From NCBI GenBank assembly GCA_041694885.1, contig JBGFRX010000005.1, positions 1 through 64,000 on the forward strand: DNA of 64,000 nucleotides. The letters run 5' to 3'. A program made the translations under genes and the position numbers. Source of the stretch: Candidatus Micrarchaeota archaeon (GTDB lineage: Archaea > Micrarchaeota > Micrarchaeia > Anstonellales > Bilamarchaeaceae). This document shows, piece after piece, positions 10,189 to 20,263 of the stretch; positions within the stretch are counted from its first letter, which is position 1; every line of letters starts with the position of its first letter. Under the pieces are notes generated by a model, which saw only the letters and a list, made by a program, of their open reading frames with translations, was not told the origin of the DNA and ran no database searches.

Positions 10189-11163
10189 TCAGTCCAGCCG
10201 CACCTTCTTCCCATCCTTCTCGAGCCACACGCCCGCCTCATTTGTAATCTCCCCAATCAGCGACGCGTCCACTCCGTGCCTTTTCGCCGTCTCGAGCACC
10301 TTCTCCTCCCATCTCCTGTCCACGATAATGCACATTCCGATTCCCATGTTGAAGGTGCGGTGCATCTCCCGTTCATCCTTGACTTCGGAATAAAGCACCT
10401 CGAATATCGGCTTCGCCTTGGGCAGATTATTCAGAAGGAATCCGTATTTCCTGTTCAGCCGCAGCAATTTTGAAAAGGCGCCCCCTGTTATGTGCGCAAG
10501 ACCACATATCCTGCACGAGGATATCATCTCGAGGACCGGCTTCACATAAATTCGGGTAGGGGCAAGCATCTCCCTGCCCCATTTCCTGATATCTAAAATT
10601 TTCCTCGCAAGTGTGTATCCGTTGCTGTGCAGCCCAGAGCTTTCCAGGCCGACAATCGTGTCCCCTGGCTTTATCGCATCCCCTGTAATCATTTCCTTTA
10701 TTTCCCCTATTGCCGTGAAAGCAAGGTCAAAGGGCCTTTTCCCTCCGGATATTATCTCAGGAAGTATCGCCGTTTCCCCTCCGACTATGTCTATCCTGCT
10801 TTCCTTTGCGCCGAGCACCAAACCCTTCATTATTTCAGAAACCAAATGTTCATCTTCCTTCGCGAGCGCGAGGTAATCTACTCCAGCGAGCGGCGTCGCG
10901 CCCACGCATATTATGTCATTCACGTTCATCGCGATTGCGTCTATCCCCACACTATCGTATTTCTCGAGCTCCTGCGCAACCAGTACCTTGCTTCCCACAC
11001 CATCGGTGTGCATCGCGATTTTCCTTCCTGCGAAATCCACTATGCCAGCATAATGGCCCACGAGCGCGCCTTTCTTCCCTGCGAAAATCGCCTCGTTTAT
11101 GCTGTTCTGTATCCTCTTCACTTTGGAAATGTCTATACCTGCTTCCAGGTACGTCTTTGCCAT
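10189..11163 (-). CDS. purM: Phosphoribosylformylglycinamidine cyclo-ligase (AIR synthase)
   Basis: TDGVGSK, AMNVND, GGETA, SSGLHSNGY, HITGG, TFNMGIG. Confidence 0.96.
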   Translation of the reverse strand: MAKTYLEAGIDISKVKRIQNSINEAIFAGKKGALVGHYAGIVDFAGRKIAMHTDGVGSKVLVAQELEKYDSVGIDAIAMNVNDIICVGATPLAGVDYLALAKEDEHLVSEIMKGLVLGAKESRIDIVGGETAILPEIISGGKRPFDLAFTAIGEIKEMITGDAIKPGDTIVGLESSGLHSNGYTLARKILDIRKWGREMLAPTRIYVKPVLEMISSCRICGLAHITGGAFSKLLRLNRKYGFLLNNLPKAKPIFEVLYSEVKDEREMHRTFNMGIGMCIIVDRRWEEKVLETAKRHGVDASLIGEITNEAGVWLEKDGKKVRLD

Positions 11164-11264
11164 GCTGCTATTTGCCTGAAAACCATTAAAAAACAGCGGT
11201 GCAGGAGAGGAGGGTTAGATTCGCCAGTCCGTCAGCGAACCAAAAACTGAAAAATTTTCAGTGA

Positions 11265-12242
11265 TTAAAGAATAAACAACTCTGCAAGCATGGATAGTAT
11301 ATATAAGCCAATCAGTATCAATCCATCGGTTTTGCTCATTTTTCCTTTAAGCAAAAATATGAATGAAACTATGGTGACTAGTATAAGAGCCGGAACAGTA
11401 ACCAGCCCAAAATTTGCAGGCAGTGCTATCGGCCGTGCAATCGCAATTACCCCAAGCGTGAAAAAAAGAGTGAATATGTTGGAGCCTATGGATTGAGAGA
11501 CGGCCAGCTCGTCAAATCCTTTTCTTGCGGCCTGGATCGCTACGACGAAATTTGGCAGGCTTGGGCCTAGTGCGCCAAGAGTAATGCCTAATATTATATC
11601 AGATATGTTTAGTGCTGTTCCAAACTCTACTAATCCTTGTGTAAACACTTCAGAACCGGCAATAAGCAAGATTCCTCCGATAATAAAAATATGAAAACCG
11701 TTTTTGATTGTAGCGAAATCATGCATCTTTCCAAAAGCAATTAAGGTTTTTGAAATTGCTTCTATCTCTTTTTTCTTTTCCTTGTTTGCAAGTTGTTTCT
11801 CCTGAGAATACACGTTTATTATGTATGGAATGAAAAGCAGGATAAATATCATACCATCCATTGCAGTTATTTCCAGATCTTCCAGTGCAATCAGTGAAAC
11901 GACCAGTGTTGCTATCAGCATGAACACCCCGTCTCTGGTAATCACATGTTTTGGTATTCGTATGGGCTTGAGGAAAGCAGTTATGCCAAGAACAAGGCCG
12001 AGATTGACGATTACTGAACCAAGGCTTACGCCAACGCTTATTTGTTCATGGTTCTTGAATAGGGCCGATAATGCAACCAAAAGTTCTGGGAGGCTTAACA
12101 TCACTGAAACGAATATAAGTCCGATTGCTATGTTCGTAGTTCCAAGTCTGTTTGCCACGGTGTTGGATGAGTCGGTTACCCATTCTGAGCCTTTAAGAAG
12201 TAGATACGCACCAATCAGCATCAATCCAATTGATAATATCAT
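11265..12242 (-). CDS. Ca2+/Na+ antiporter (YrbG/CaCA family)
   Basis: Two alpha repeats: LSLPEL...GS..VN and GPSLPN...IGSNIF; multi-TM. Confidence 0.88.
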   Translation of the reverse strand: MILSIGLMLIGAYLLLKGSEWVTDSSNTVANRLGTTNIAIGLIFVSVMLSLPELLVALSALFKNHEQISVGVSLGSVIVNLGLVLGITAFLKPIRIPKHVITRDGVFMLIATLVVSLIALEDLEITAMDGMIFILLFIPYIINVYSQEKQLANKEKKKEIEAISKTLIAFGKMHDFATIKNGFHIFIIGGILLIAGSEVFTQGLVEFGTALNISDIILGITLGALGPSLPNFVVAIQAARKGFDELAVSQSIGSNIFTLFFTLGVIAIARPIALPANFGLVTVPALILVTIVSFIFLLKGKMSKTDGLILIGLYILSMLAELFIL

Positions 12243-12419
12243 AGATTTGTTTATGTATATGAAATTAAAGATGTTATTGTTCCTTCCTCATTTTACACGC
12301 TACGTCCCACCCTAAACTATAACAATTATGCAATAATACTGCGTGATTGCTATGAGCAGAAGAGATAAATTTAAATAAGTAATTTCTGATTCTAAGAACC
12401 GAAAGGAAAGGTGATAATC

Positions 12420-12947
12420 GTGGTTGATGGATTCGGGATGCAGCTCGTCATCGCGCTCGCGCAGCTGCTCATAGGGCTCGTGTTTTCAATGGGCTCGGTG
12501 TATATAGCGCTCAAGATGTTCGACAGGTTCACTTACAGTCTGGACGAATGGAAGGAGATAAAAAGAGGCAACGTGGCAATAGGCATACTGCTTGGAGGCA
12601 TAGTGCTCTCCATCGCGATAATAATCGAGGGCGGCGTCTCGAGTATAACCAAAAGCGTGGTGCCTGGGATGGATCCCACAGTTGCGCTCATCGCGTTCGT
12701 GATTGGGATACTGAACCTGCTCATAAGCGTGCTCGCCGCTGTGCTCTCAGTGTACGTGGCGATAAGAGTACTCGACTGGATAACTGTCGACATAGATGAG
12801 ATGGCGGAACTGAAGAAGGGCAACGTTGCAGTAGCTGCGATGATGGTAGCAGTATTGCTTGCGATTTCCTTCGTAATAAAAGGCGCAGTTGCAGGAATAA
12901 CCAACGTTGTCAATGCAACCGAGATTTTCAAGCTGCTGGGCATCTGA
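12420..12947 (+). CDS. DUF350-domain membrane protein (tandem repeat)
   Basis: Two copies of DE.-E(I/L)K.GNVA(I/V) motif. Confidence 0.85.
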   Translation: MVDGFGMQLVIALAQLLIGLVFSMGSVYIALKMFDRFTYSLDEWKEIKRGNVAIGILLGGIVLSIAIIIEGGVSSITKSVVPGMDPTVALIAFVIGILNLLISVLAAVLSVYVAIRVLDWITVDIDEMAELKKGNVAVAAMMVAVLLAISFVIKGAVAGITNVVNATEIFKLLGI

Positions 12948-13022
12948 GCATCCATTTTCGGGCAATTCGTCGTCCGATTGTTTTTTATTTATTTTTTTGC
13001 ATTCTTATCCCTGGTTTTGCAC

Positions 13023-14492
13023 ATGGACGTTAACAAGCAGAAGAATTTTTCCGATTGGTACAACGAAATAATGAAGGCAGCGGAGCTATGCGACCTCCGC
13101 TACAACATAAAGGGCTTCATAGTGATAATGCCCTGGGCGATGAGGAGCATAGAGCAGATATACAGATTCTACGATGAAGAACTTGAAAAGACGAATCACC
13201 AGCCCGCTTTCTTCCCCTCGCTTATACACGAGAAGTCGTTCGGCGCCGAGAAAGAGCACGTGGAGGGATTCATTCCACAAGTGCTCTGGGTGACTGAGGC
13301 GGGGAACAAGAAGCTGGAAGAAAGGTATGCGCTCAAGCCCACAGGTGAAGCGAGCATCTACCCAATGTACGCGCTCTGGGTGAACGGCCTTTCAGATTTG
13401 CCTGTGAAGATTTACCAGAAGAACTGGGTGTGGAGGCACGAGACAAAGGCAACCAAGCCATTCATACGCGGACGCGAATTCTTGTGGATAGAGGCGCACG
13501 ACGTCTTTGCAGCGAGTGAAGATGCGAAGAAGCAGGTAATGGAAGATGCGGGCATGGCGAAAAAGGTCATTTGGAAAAAACTGGGCGTTCCGTTCATAAT
13601 GTTCAAAAGGCCGCAGTGGGACAAGTTCGCAGGAGCCCAGGATACATTTGCTGCAGACACGCTCATGCCTGATGGAAGGGTTTTGCAGATCGCGAGCACC
13701 CATCTCCTTGGCCAGAATTTCTCAAAGGCATACGGGATAAAGTACATGAATGAAAAAAACGAACCGTCGTATGCATGGCAGACCACTTATGGGCCCGGAA
13801 TAAACAGGATTTATGCAGCAATGTTCTCCGTCCATGGCGACAACAAAGGCCTGGTGCTTCCGTATGAAGTTGCGCCTGTGCAGGCCGTGATAATCCCCAT
13901 AATAAGGAAGGGCAGCGAAGAGAAGGTGCTTTTCTCTGCAAAGAAACTGGAGAAAAAGCTCTTGAATGTTGCGCGCGTACAGCTGGATGCGCGCAGCCAG
14001 ACGCCTGGATTCAAGTTCAATTACTGGGAGCAGAAGGGTGTTCCGCTCAGGATAGAGATAGGAGAGCTGGACATAGCTTCTGAAAGCGCGGTATTGGTTA
14101 CGCGCGACAACGGGAAAAAGAAGAGCGTGAAAATTTCCGATCTGGAGAAAGCGGTGCGGGAATCAGGAAGAGAAATCGATGCGCGGATTTCCGCAAAAGC
14201 GGCCCAGAACTTCTCTTCATCATTGGATTCCGCGGAAAGCGCAGAAGAGATGGCTGAAAAAATAGAGAAAGGAAAAATAGTGAAGGTTGCGTTCTGCACC
14301 GATTCCATGGAAGGGGAAAAGTGTGCGAAGGCGCTGAAAGAGAAGTATTCCTGCGATATCCGCGGCACTATATTCGCATCTTTTGATTCGGAAAAATGCG
14401 AATTCCAAAGTCCGGATGTTCCGAAAAACGAAAAATGCATCAGCTGCGGAAAGTCGGCGAAAGCGCACGTTTACGCTGCGAAGCAATACTGA
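13023..14492 (+). CDS. proS: Proline--tRNA ligase (archaeal/eukaryotic type)
   Basis: FSDWY, EHVEGF, TKPFIRGREFLW, KFAGA, HLLGQNFS, HGDNKGL, C-terminal AKQY. Confidence 0.96.
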   Translation: MDVNKQKNFSDWYNEIMKAAELCDLRYNIKGFIVIMPWAMRSIEQIYRFYDEELEKTNHQPAFFPSLIHEKSFGAEKEHVEGFIPQVLWVTEAGNKKLEERYALKPTGEASIYPMYALWVNGLSDLPVKIYQKNWVWRHETKATKPFIRGREFLWIEAHDVFAASEDAKKQVMEDAGMAKKVIWKKLGVPFIMFKRPQWDKFAGAQDTFAADTLMPDGRVLQIASTHLLGQNFSKAYGIKYMNEKNEPSYAWQTTYGPGINRIYAAMFSVHGDNKGLVLPYEVAPVQAVIIPIIRKGSEEKVLFSAKKLEKKLLNVARVQLDARSQTPGFKFNYWEQKGVPLRIEIGELDIASESAVLVTRDNGKKKSVKISDLEKAVRESGREIDARISAKAAQNFSSSLDSAESAEEMAEKIEKGKIVKVAFCTDSMEGEKCAKALKEKYSCDIRGTIFASFDSEKCEFQSPDVPKNEKCISCGKSAKAHVYAAKQY

Positions 14493-14639
14493 TTCTTTTG
14501 CTGAGGAACATCTTAAACCTCGAAATTACCGGGATGGGAAAATCCTGAACTTTTACCAACATAAATAATCTCTTTTTTAACCTTGTTGGGCAATATTTTT
14601 GCAAATCCCTAAACACAAGATACGAAACAGGGAATTCTT

Positions 14640-16373
14640 ATGTGCGGAATTATCGGCTATATCGGCTTTCGCAAAGCATCCGAGGTGCTGCTGCGCGGCC
14701 TCAAAACCCTTGAATACAGGGGTTACGACTCAGCAGGCATCGCTGTTTCGGAAGGCGGGAAAATTACGATAAAGAAAGGAGCAGGAAGAGTCGACGAAGT
14801 GGCGGACTCGCTTTCTTTCGTGTCTTTAAAGGGAAAAGCAGGTATTTCGCATACCCGATGGGCAACCCATGGCCGGGTATGCAAGGAAAATGCGCACCCC
14901 CATTCCAACTGTTCCAGGGACATTGCACTTGTCCATAATGGGGTGATTGAAAATTACCTTTCATTAAAAGACGAGCTGATGGAGAAAGGGCATAAATTCG
15001 AGAGCGAGACGGACAGCGAAGTTATCGCGCATCTGATAGAGGAGGAAATGAAAACAAACGAAACAGAGGGTGCGTTCGCAAAGGCGATAAGGAAACTGGA
15101 TGGCTCCTATGCAGTAGTTGCGCTCGCATCAGGAAGCGAAAAGCTTTTCGCAGCTAGGAAAAACAGCCCGCTCCTGATTGGAATCGGGAAAGGAGAGCAT
15201 TTCCTCGCATCGGACATTCCTGCACTGCTTCCATACACGAACAAAGTGATTCCTGTTGATGACGAGCGGATAGTTTTTGCATCCGCAGAAGAATACTGCA
15301 TAATGGATTTCTCAGGCAAAACGCAGAACCCGAAACCAATGGTTGTGGACTGGAGCGCGGAAGTTGCCGAGAAGGGCGGCTTCCAGCACTTCATGCTGAA
15401 AGAGATCTACGAGCAGAAACTCGTGCTGTCAGAATCCCTTGCGACAAACATGGAGGATGCGAAGAAAATGATCGAAAAGGCGAAAAATATCCACATCGCC
15501 GCGTGTGGAACATCCAACCACGCAGGAGTGCTATTCTCGATTTTGCTGGATAAGCATGCAAACAAAAACACAAAGGCGTTCATCGCTTCAGAGTACCAGT
15601 TCGTTGCGAACCCATCCAAAAACACCCTCGTAATCGCGATTTCCCAGAGTGGAGAAACCGCGGACACGCTGCAGGCAACGAAGTTCGCAAAGCAGAAGGG
15701 CGCAAAGGTGCTTTCGCTCACGAATGTGGTCGGCTCCTCGCTCTCGCGCATTTCCGATTCGGTTGTTTACCTGAATGCAGGACCGGAAGTAAGCGTTGCG
15801 GCCACCAAAACGTTCTCATCCCAGCTCGCTGTAATATTCAGACTGGTTTTTGGAAATGCGGCTGCTGAAATTCCCAAAATAGTGGAGCGCGCGCTTTCCC
15901 AGGAGCAGAAAGTCAGGAAACTGGCGGAAAAACTGAAAGGCAAGGAGCATGTATTTTTCATCGGAAGAGGAGTTTCCTATCCGATAGCGATGGAAGGGGC
16001 GCTCAAACTGAAGGAGCTCTCGTACATCCACGCTGAGGTATACCCTGGAGGGGAACTGAAGCACGGTCCTCTTAGCTTGATCCATGAAGAAGTTCCAGTC
16101 ATAGCGCTCGCTCCTTCTGACGAAACACTTGCGAAAATGCACGGCAACATAAAGGAGGTCAAGGCAAGGGGCGCATTCGTTATCGCGCTCACAGACAGCG
16201 AGGAAATAAAAAAGGAAGTCGATGCTGTGCTTTATATAGAAAAGACGAAACCGAAGCTTTATCCGTTTGCAGTCCTTCCACTTCTCCAACTCCTCGCCTA
16301 TTACGCGAGCGTTTCAAGAGGAATAGACCCAGATAGACCCCGGAATCTGGCGAAGTCGGTAACTGTCGAATAG
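14640..16373 (+). CDS. glmS: Glutamine--fructose-6-phosphate transaminase
   Basis: MCGIIG, LEYRGYDSAG, HTRWATHG, SQSGETADT, PRNLAKSVTVE. Confidence 0.97.
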   Translation: MCGIIGYIGFRKASEVLLRGLKTLEYRGYDSAGIAVSEGGKITIKKGAGRVDEVADSLSFVSLKGKAGISHTRWATHGRVCKENAHPHSNCSRDIALVHNGVIENYLSLKDELMEKGHKFESETDSEVIAHLIEEEMKTNETEGAFAKAIRKLDGSYAVVALASGSEKLFAARKNSPLLIGIGKGEHFLASDIPALLPYTNKVIPVDDERIVFASAEEYCIMDFSGKTQNPKPMVVDWSAEVAEKGGFQHFMLKEIYEQKLVLSESLATNMEDAKKMIEKAKNIHIAACGTSNHAGVLFSILLDKHANKNTKAFIASEYQFVANPSKNTLVIAISQSGETADTLQATKFAKQKGAKVLSLTNVVGSSLSRISDSVVYLNAGPEVSVAATKTFSSQLAVIFRLVFGNAAAEIPKIVERALSQEQKVRKLAEKLKGKEHVFFIGRGVSYPIAMEGALKLKELSYIHAEVYPGGELKHGPLSLIHEEVPVIALAPSDETLAKMHGNIKEVKARGAFVIALTDSEEIKKEVDAVLYIEKTKPKLYPFAVLPLLQLLAYYASVSRGIDPDRPRNLAKSVTVE

Positions 16374-16442
16374 CATCCATCTATTTTTACACTCTGGCAC
16401 ACGTTTAAAAACTTTAAGTGTAAATGGAATACAGGTGGGAAT

Positions 16443-17654
16443 ATGGGACAAGAATTTTGCATAAAGGCCAATGACGGCATACATAAAAAAGGAATAGAGA
16501 TATTCAACAATCACGGAATAAAGGTAAGCACCAATAAGCTGGACCAATCGGAACTTTTGAAAGAGCTCAAGGCATTCCATGGCATCATAGTACGCAGTGC
16601 AACCAAGGTTACATCAGAAGTAATCCAGGCAGGGTATGACAACGGAAAAGGCAAACTACGGGTGATCGGCCGCGCAGGTAAAGGGCTGAACAACATAGAT
16701 ATTCCCACAGCGACCGAACTTGGAATTCCAGTGATCCCTGCCCCTGAAGGCAACAACAACGCCACTGCGGAGTTCACCATAGGCCTGCTTTTCGACGTGG
16801 CGCGTGGAATTTCAGCTGCCAACGTTGCACTCAATAAAGGTGAATGGCAAAAGAAGCGATTCAAGGGGGTGGAGCTCAAAGGCAAGACCCTGGGGATAAT
16901 CGGTTGCGGACAAGTTGGCATGGAAGTAGCTGAGAAAGCCGCAGCTCTTGGCATGCGGGTAATAGGTTATGACTTAGCAGCGAAGAAGATAAGCACAGTG
17001 ATAAGCTACAAGGCCTCTTTGGGAGAGGTTCTGCACGAAGCTCATTTCATAACTATCCATACTGGAGGTAAAACACTCATATTAGGCGAAGAGCAGATCG
17101 CGGAAATGCGCAACGGTGCATGCATAATAAACACCTCCCGTGGAGAGAACGTAAATGCGGACGCGCTTCGTGCAGCCCTCGAAAGCGGCAAGCTCACCGC
17201 AGTTGCGGTAGATACGCACCTGAATGAGCCCCAAACAGATTGTACCGGGTTTTCAAGCCCTCTCCAAAACGTCAGGGGGGCAACGCTCACTCCGCACATT
17301 GCCGGTTCCACCAGAGAAGCGGATGAGGCGGTTTCAGTGGAGATCGCAAAGCTCATTTGCGATTGCCTCGTTCGTGGTGACATCACCCGCGCAGTTAACA
17401 TGGGTCCGGAAGCTGCGGAAGTAAAAAGGGAAACGTATACAGTTCAGATTACCCATCGCGACGATAAGGCGGTGTTCAAGGACTTCGACTCGCTTTTCGG
17501 AGAAGCAGGCATAAGCATAAAAGAGACCCGCTCCGGACCGATGGCATCAAAAAAAGGCATCGCCACCACAGTGTACATTCTCTATGCGGTGCCCTCTGAA
17601 GAGGTCCTGGACAGGATTCGGGCGCTCGAATCGGTGTCGCACGTAATCTATTAG
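16443..17654 (+). CDS. serA: D-3-phosphoglycerate dehydrogenase with C-terminal ACT domain
   Basis: VRSATKV, RAGKGLNNID, GIIGCGQVG, INTSRG, TPHIAGST. Confidence 0.85.
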   Translation: MGQEFCIKANDGIHKKGIEIFNNHGIKVSTNKLDQSELLKELKAFHGIIVRSATKVTSEVIQAGYDNGKGKLRVIGRAGKGLNNIDIPTATELGIPVIPAPEGNNNATAEFTIGLLFDVARGISAANVALNKGEWQKKRFKGVELKGKTLGIIGCGQVGMEVAEKAAALGMRVIGYDLAAKKISTVISYKASLGEVLHEAHFITIHTGGKTLILGEEQIAEMRNGACIINTSRGENVNADALRAALESGKLTAVAVDTHLNEPQTDCTGFSSPLQNVRGATLTPHIAGSTREADEAVSVEIAKLICDCLVRGDITRAVNMGPEAAEVKRETYTVQITHRDDKAVFKDFDSLFGEAGISIKETRSGPMASKKGIATTVYILYAVPSEEVLDRIRALESVSHVIY

Positions 17655-17719
17655 CAGCATGCACTCCAGAATAGGAACTGTTTTTAATCTGAGGGGCGGA
17701 ATGCAATCCAGGTGCTACA

Positions 17720-17980
17720 ATGACCAACATAACCAAGACGATAAGGTGCATGGGGTGCTCTACTGACTTCCCACTTTCGCTTACCACTGATCTCGAGGCA
17801 TCGGACATTTCCATAGTTGCGAAATGCCCGAAATGCTCAGCAGCGATGCAGCTCCATTTCGGCATAATAGCGCAGCAGCAGGTGGCGCAGCAGGCGCAGG
17901 AGGCCTCGCCTTTGGATACGAGCATGTTCGTTCCGCCCGAGATGCCGAGCGACGAGCTGAAAGAACTCATAGGCGAGTGA
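17720..17980 (+). CDS. Small zinc-ribbon hypothetical protein
   Basis: CMGC and CPKC pairs; AGGTG SD; abuts the next gene. Confidence 0.65.
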   Translation: MTNITKTIRCMGCSTDFPLSLTTDLEASDISIVAKCPKCSAAMQLHFGIIAQQQVAQQAQEASPLDTSMFVPPEMPSDELKELIGE

Positions 17981-19702
17981 ATGCGGCGGCTTTTCTTTGC
18001 ATTATTCATCTTGGCCAATGCGGCCTTCGCGCTCTACCAGTTTAATATTTCGCTCTCGCGTACCGGCAACATATCCATAGCAGACAGTTATCCGAACTCT
18101 GCGCCGAACCTCATGTTTTACAGGAACGGGGAACTCTATTTTGCGGACCCGGGCGCCCCAGGCGTATTCAGGTACAAAGACAACGAGACGCGCCTTCTTT
18201 CCGGTGGGTTTTCGCAGCCGCTCGGCGTCTATGTGGACGCGGATGGCACGGTGTATGTGGCAGACGAAGGCAACGGCGTGATAAGGCGTTCCCCGTATAA
18301 AATAATATATAAGTATGCTGCGCCGCACGGAATCTATTTCTTCAACAGCACATTTTACACTACGGACTATCGCAACGGAAAGCTGCTCATGATAGCTGAA
18401 GATGGTATATTCACTTCGTACTTTGGTTCGAACGGCACACTGAACGGCAACTTCCAGAGGCCGGAAGACCTGCAGATATTCAACAATATGGTTTACGTGG
18501 CTGACGCAGGAAACGGAAGGATAGAGGCATACTCGCTGAATTTCACCTATCTGAAAACGTACGGAAGCGGAAGCGGCAACCTGACGCTCGTCTATCCCAT
18601 GGGGATCTTCGTTGACGAAAATTACGTATATGTTGCGGATTCCCAAGGCAACAAGGTCGTGTTTTACACTCGGGATGGTTATCCCGTATTCGCATATTCC
18701 ATAAACGATCCGCGCGATGTCGTGATGGCAGAAGGCCGTTTTTATATCTCCCAGGGCCAAAACTCCATCATAAGCATTTTCAACATTTCGATCCGCGAAC
18801 CGCCCTATTATGTCAAGCCGGTTTTCGAGTCGCTCGAGGCCGGATTTTCCAACTATGCTGGCTACGCAGGGCTCGCGCAGGCGTTGAATGTTTCCTACAA
18901 CGCCACCATTGGAAGCGAATGGAGCAATGCGAAATTCGCATTCGATATCGGGAATTACGGCGAGGCGTTCTACAAAGCCATGGCGCTGAATCAGAGCAAC
19001 ATCACATCGCTTAACGCGGACCTGAAGGCAGCACTATCGTCCCAGCTCAATTCACTATCCCAAAATTCATCTGCGAAGGATGCGATAGAGGAGCTCGTGC
19101 AGCAGGGGAATTATTCCGGCGCATATTCGCTGTTTCTTTCTTCCCCGCAGATAAGCCGAAGCGCAGTTAACGCGTCCAACGCGGCGTCGCCCAACATCAC
19201 TCTGCTGGACGTTTCCGTGCTCGAGAGCCGCCTCGCAGAGGCGAAGCGCCTGATTTCCAATTACCGCATGAACGCGGGCGTTTCGGCAATAGAGGGTGCA
19301 GTAAGGGACGCGGCAGGGAATTCAAGCGCATACGATTCCGCACTGCTCATGCTCGATGCGCTTGACGAGAAAATCAACCTCTGGGCATACAAGATAAACA
19401 CCGCACAGGAAAAAATATCGAAATTGCAAAAAGGAATCCAGGGCAAGGAGCTCTTTGCGGACTATTCCAGGGCAGCGCAATACCTGCAGAACGCGACCCT
19501 GCTGCTTTATTCCGAGCCGGAAAAGGCGGCGCAGCTTGCAGAAGCGGGCATTCTCGAGGCGCAAAAGGCAAGAGACAGCGCTTCGCTCCTTTTCATTGCC
19601 GTCACAGCGCTTGCGCTTTTGGCGCTTGCCCTGCTCGCGCTTTTCCTCAAAGACCACCTCATTCCGCCTAAGCAGAAATACCATTTCTCGAGGAAGGAAT
19701 AA
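17981..19702 (+). CDS. Secreted NHL-repeat (beta-propeller) protein with C-terminal membrane anchor
   Basis: Signal peptide, repeated P.G..VD..VYVAD..N, many N-x-S/T sequons, C-terminal TM and basic tail. Confidence 0.85.
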   Translation: MRRLFFALFILANAAFALYQFNISLSRTGNISIADSYPNSAPNLMFYRNGELYFADPGAPGVFRYKDNETRLLSGGFSQPLGVYVDADGTVYVADEGNGVIRRSPYKIIYKYAAPHGIYFFNSTFYTTDYRNGKLLMIAEDGIFTSYFGSNGTLNGNFQRPEDLQIFNNMVYVADAGNGRIEAYSLNFTYLKTYGSGSGNLTLVYPMGIFVDENYVYVADSQGNKVVFYTRDGYPVFAYSINDPRDVVMAEGRFYISQGQNSIISIFNISIREPPYYVKPVFESLEAGFSNYAGYAGLAQALNVSYNATIGSEWSNAKFAFDIGNYGEAFYKAMALNQSNITSLNADLKAALSSQLNSLSQNSSAKDAIEELVQQGNYSGAYSLFLSSPQISRSAVNASNAASPNITLLDVSVLESRLAEAKRLISNYRMNAGVSAIEGAVRDAAGNSSAYDSALLMLDALDEKINLWAYKINTAQEKISKLQKGIQGKELFADYSRAAQYLQNATLLLYSEPEKAAQLAEAGILEAQKARDSASLLFIAVTALALLALALLALFLKDHLIPPKQKYHFSRKE

Positions 19703-19758
19703 GTCAACTACCTCTGATTTGCAAAAGTTCAAGGTTTTCCCATTTCAGCGATTTCGCG

Positions 19759-19861
19759 ATTTAATTTCCGTCCTTTTCGCGTGAAGTCGCGAATAGCGAG
19801 GCCTGCATGATGGGACAAACAACCATCTGCTGACGTGAGGTGGAGGAATTATAAACTCTTA
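19759..19861 (+). repeat. 103-bp dispersed repeat, copy 1
   Basis: Reverse complement matches 45821-45923 at 96/103 positions, no gaps (manual alignment). Confidence 0.95.
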
Positions 19862-19922
19862 CTCCGATTTCAATCAAAGGTAGTTGACAGCAAATTGGAT
19901 TATGATTTGTTCAGGTGTTATG

Positions 19923-20234
19923 ATGAAATTGACAGTAATAATAAGCTCGGGCGACTCGGAGAATGCATGGAACGCATTCCGTTTTGCGAACCTGGCGCTT
20001 GGGAAAGGAGACGAGGTGAAGGTCTTCCTCCTAAACAGCGGGGTGGAGTGCCTCGAGAATAAAGGGAAATACGAAACAAAAACCCTATCGGAACAATTCG
20101 AGGAAAAGGGAGGTAAAATCCTCGCGTGCAGAACGTGCGCGAAAAGCAGGAATATGGGCAATGTCTGTGAAATCTCGAATATGGAAACGTTATATAATCT
20201 GATACGCGAAAGCGAGAGAACAGCTTATTTCTGA
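19923..20234 (+). CDS. DsrE-family protein
   Basis: AWNAFRFA, VFLLNSGV, ILACRTCAKSR. Confidence 0.85.
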   Translation: MKLTVIISSGDSENAWNAFRFANLALGKGDEVKVFLLNSGVECLENKGKYETKTLSEQFEEKGGKILACRTCAKSRNMGNVCEISNMETLYNLIRESERTAYF

Positions 20235-20263
20235 ATTTGCAAGCCGATTGCAAGTGAAAAAAT

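Noticed and set aside
11190..11250. GACTGGCGAA-containing hairpin upstream of purM (minus strand), suggestive of a ZTP (pfl) riboswitch or tRNA 3' fragment
   Set aside because: No P2/GGGAG segment or CGCC-containing P3 for the pseudoknot; the CCTGCACC tail does not give a valid T-arm, and no matching 5' half was found
14493..14639. Possible glmS ribozyme upstream of glmS
   Set aside because: No AGCGC...GACGAGG core seen
19806..19834. C/D-box sRNA or fluoride riboswitch within the 103-bp repeat (ATGATGG...CTGA)
   Set aside because: C box is imperfect and further mutated in the second copy (ATGGTGG); fluoride pseudoknot absent
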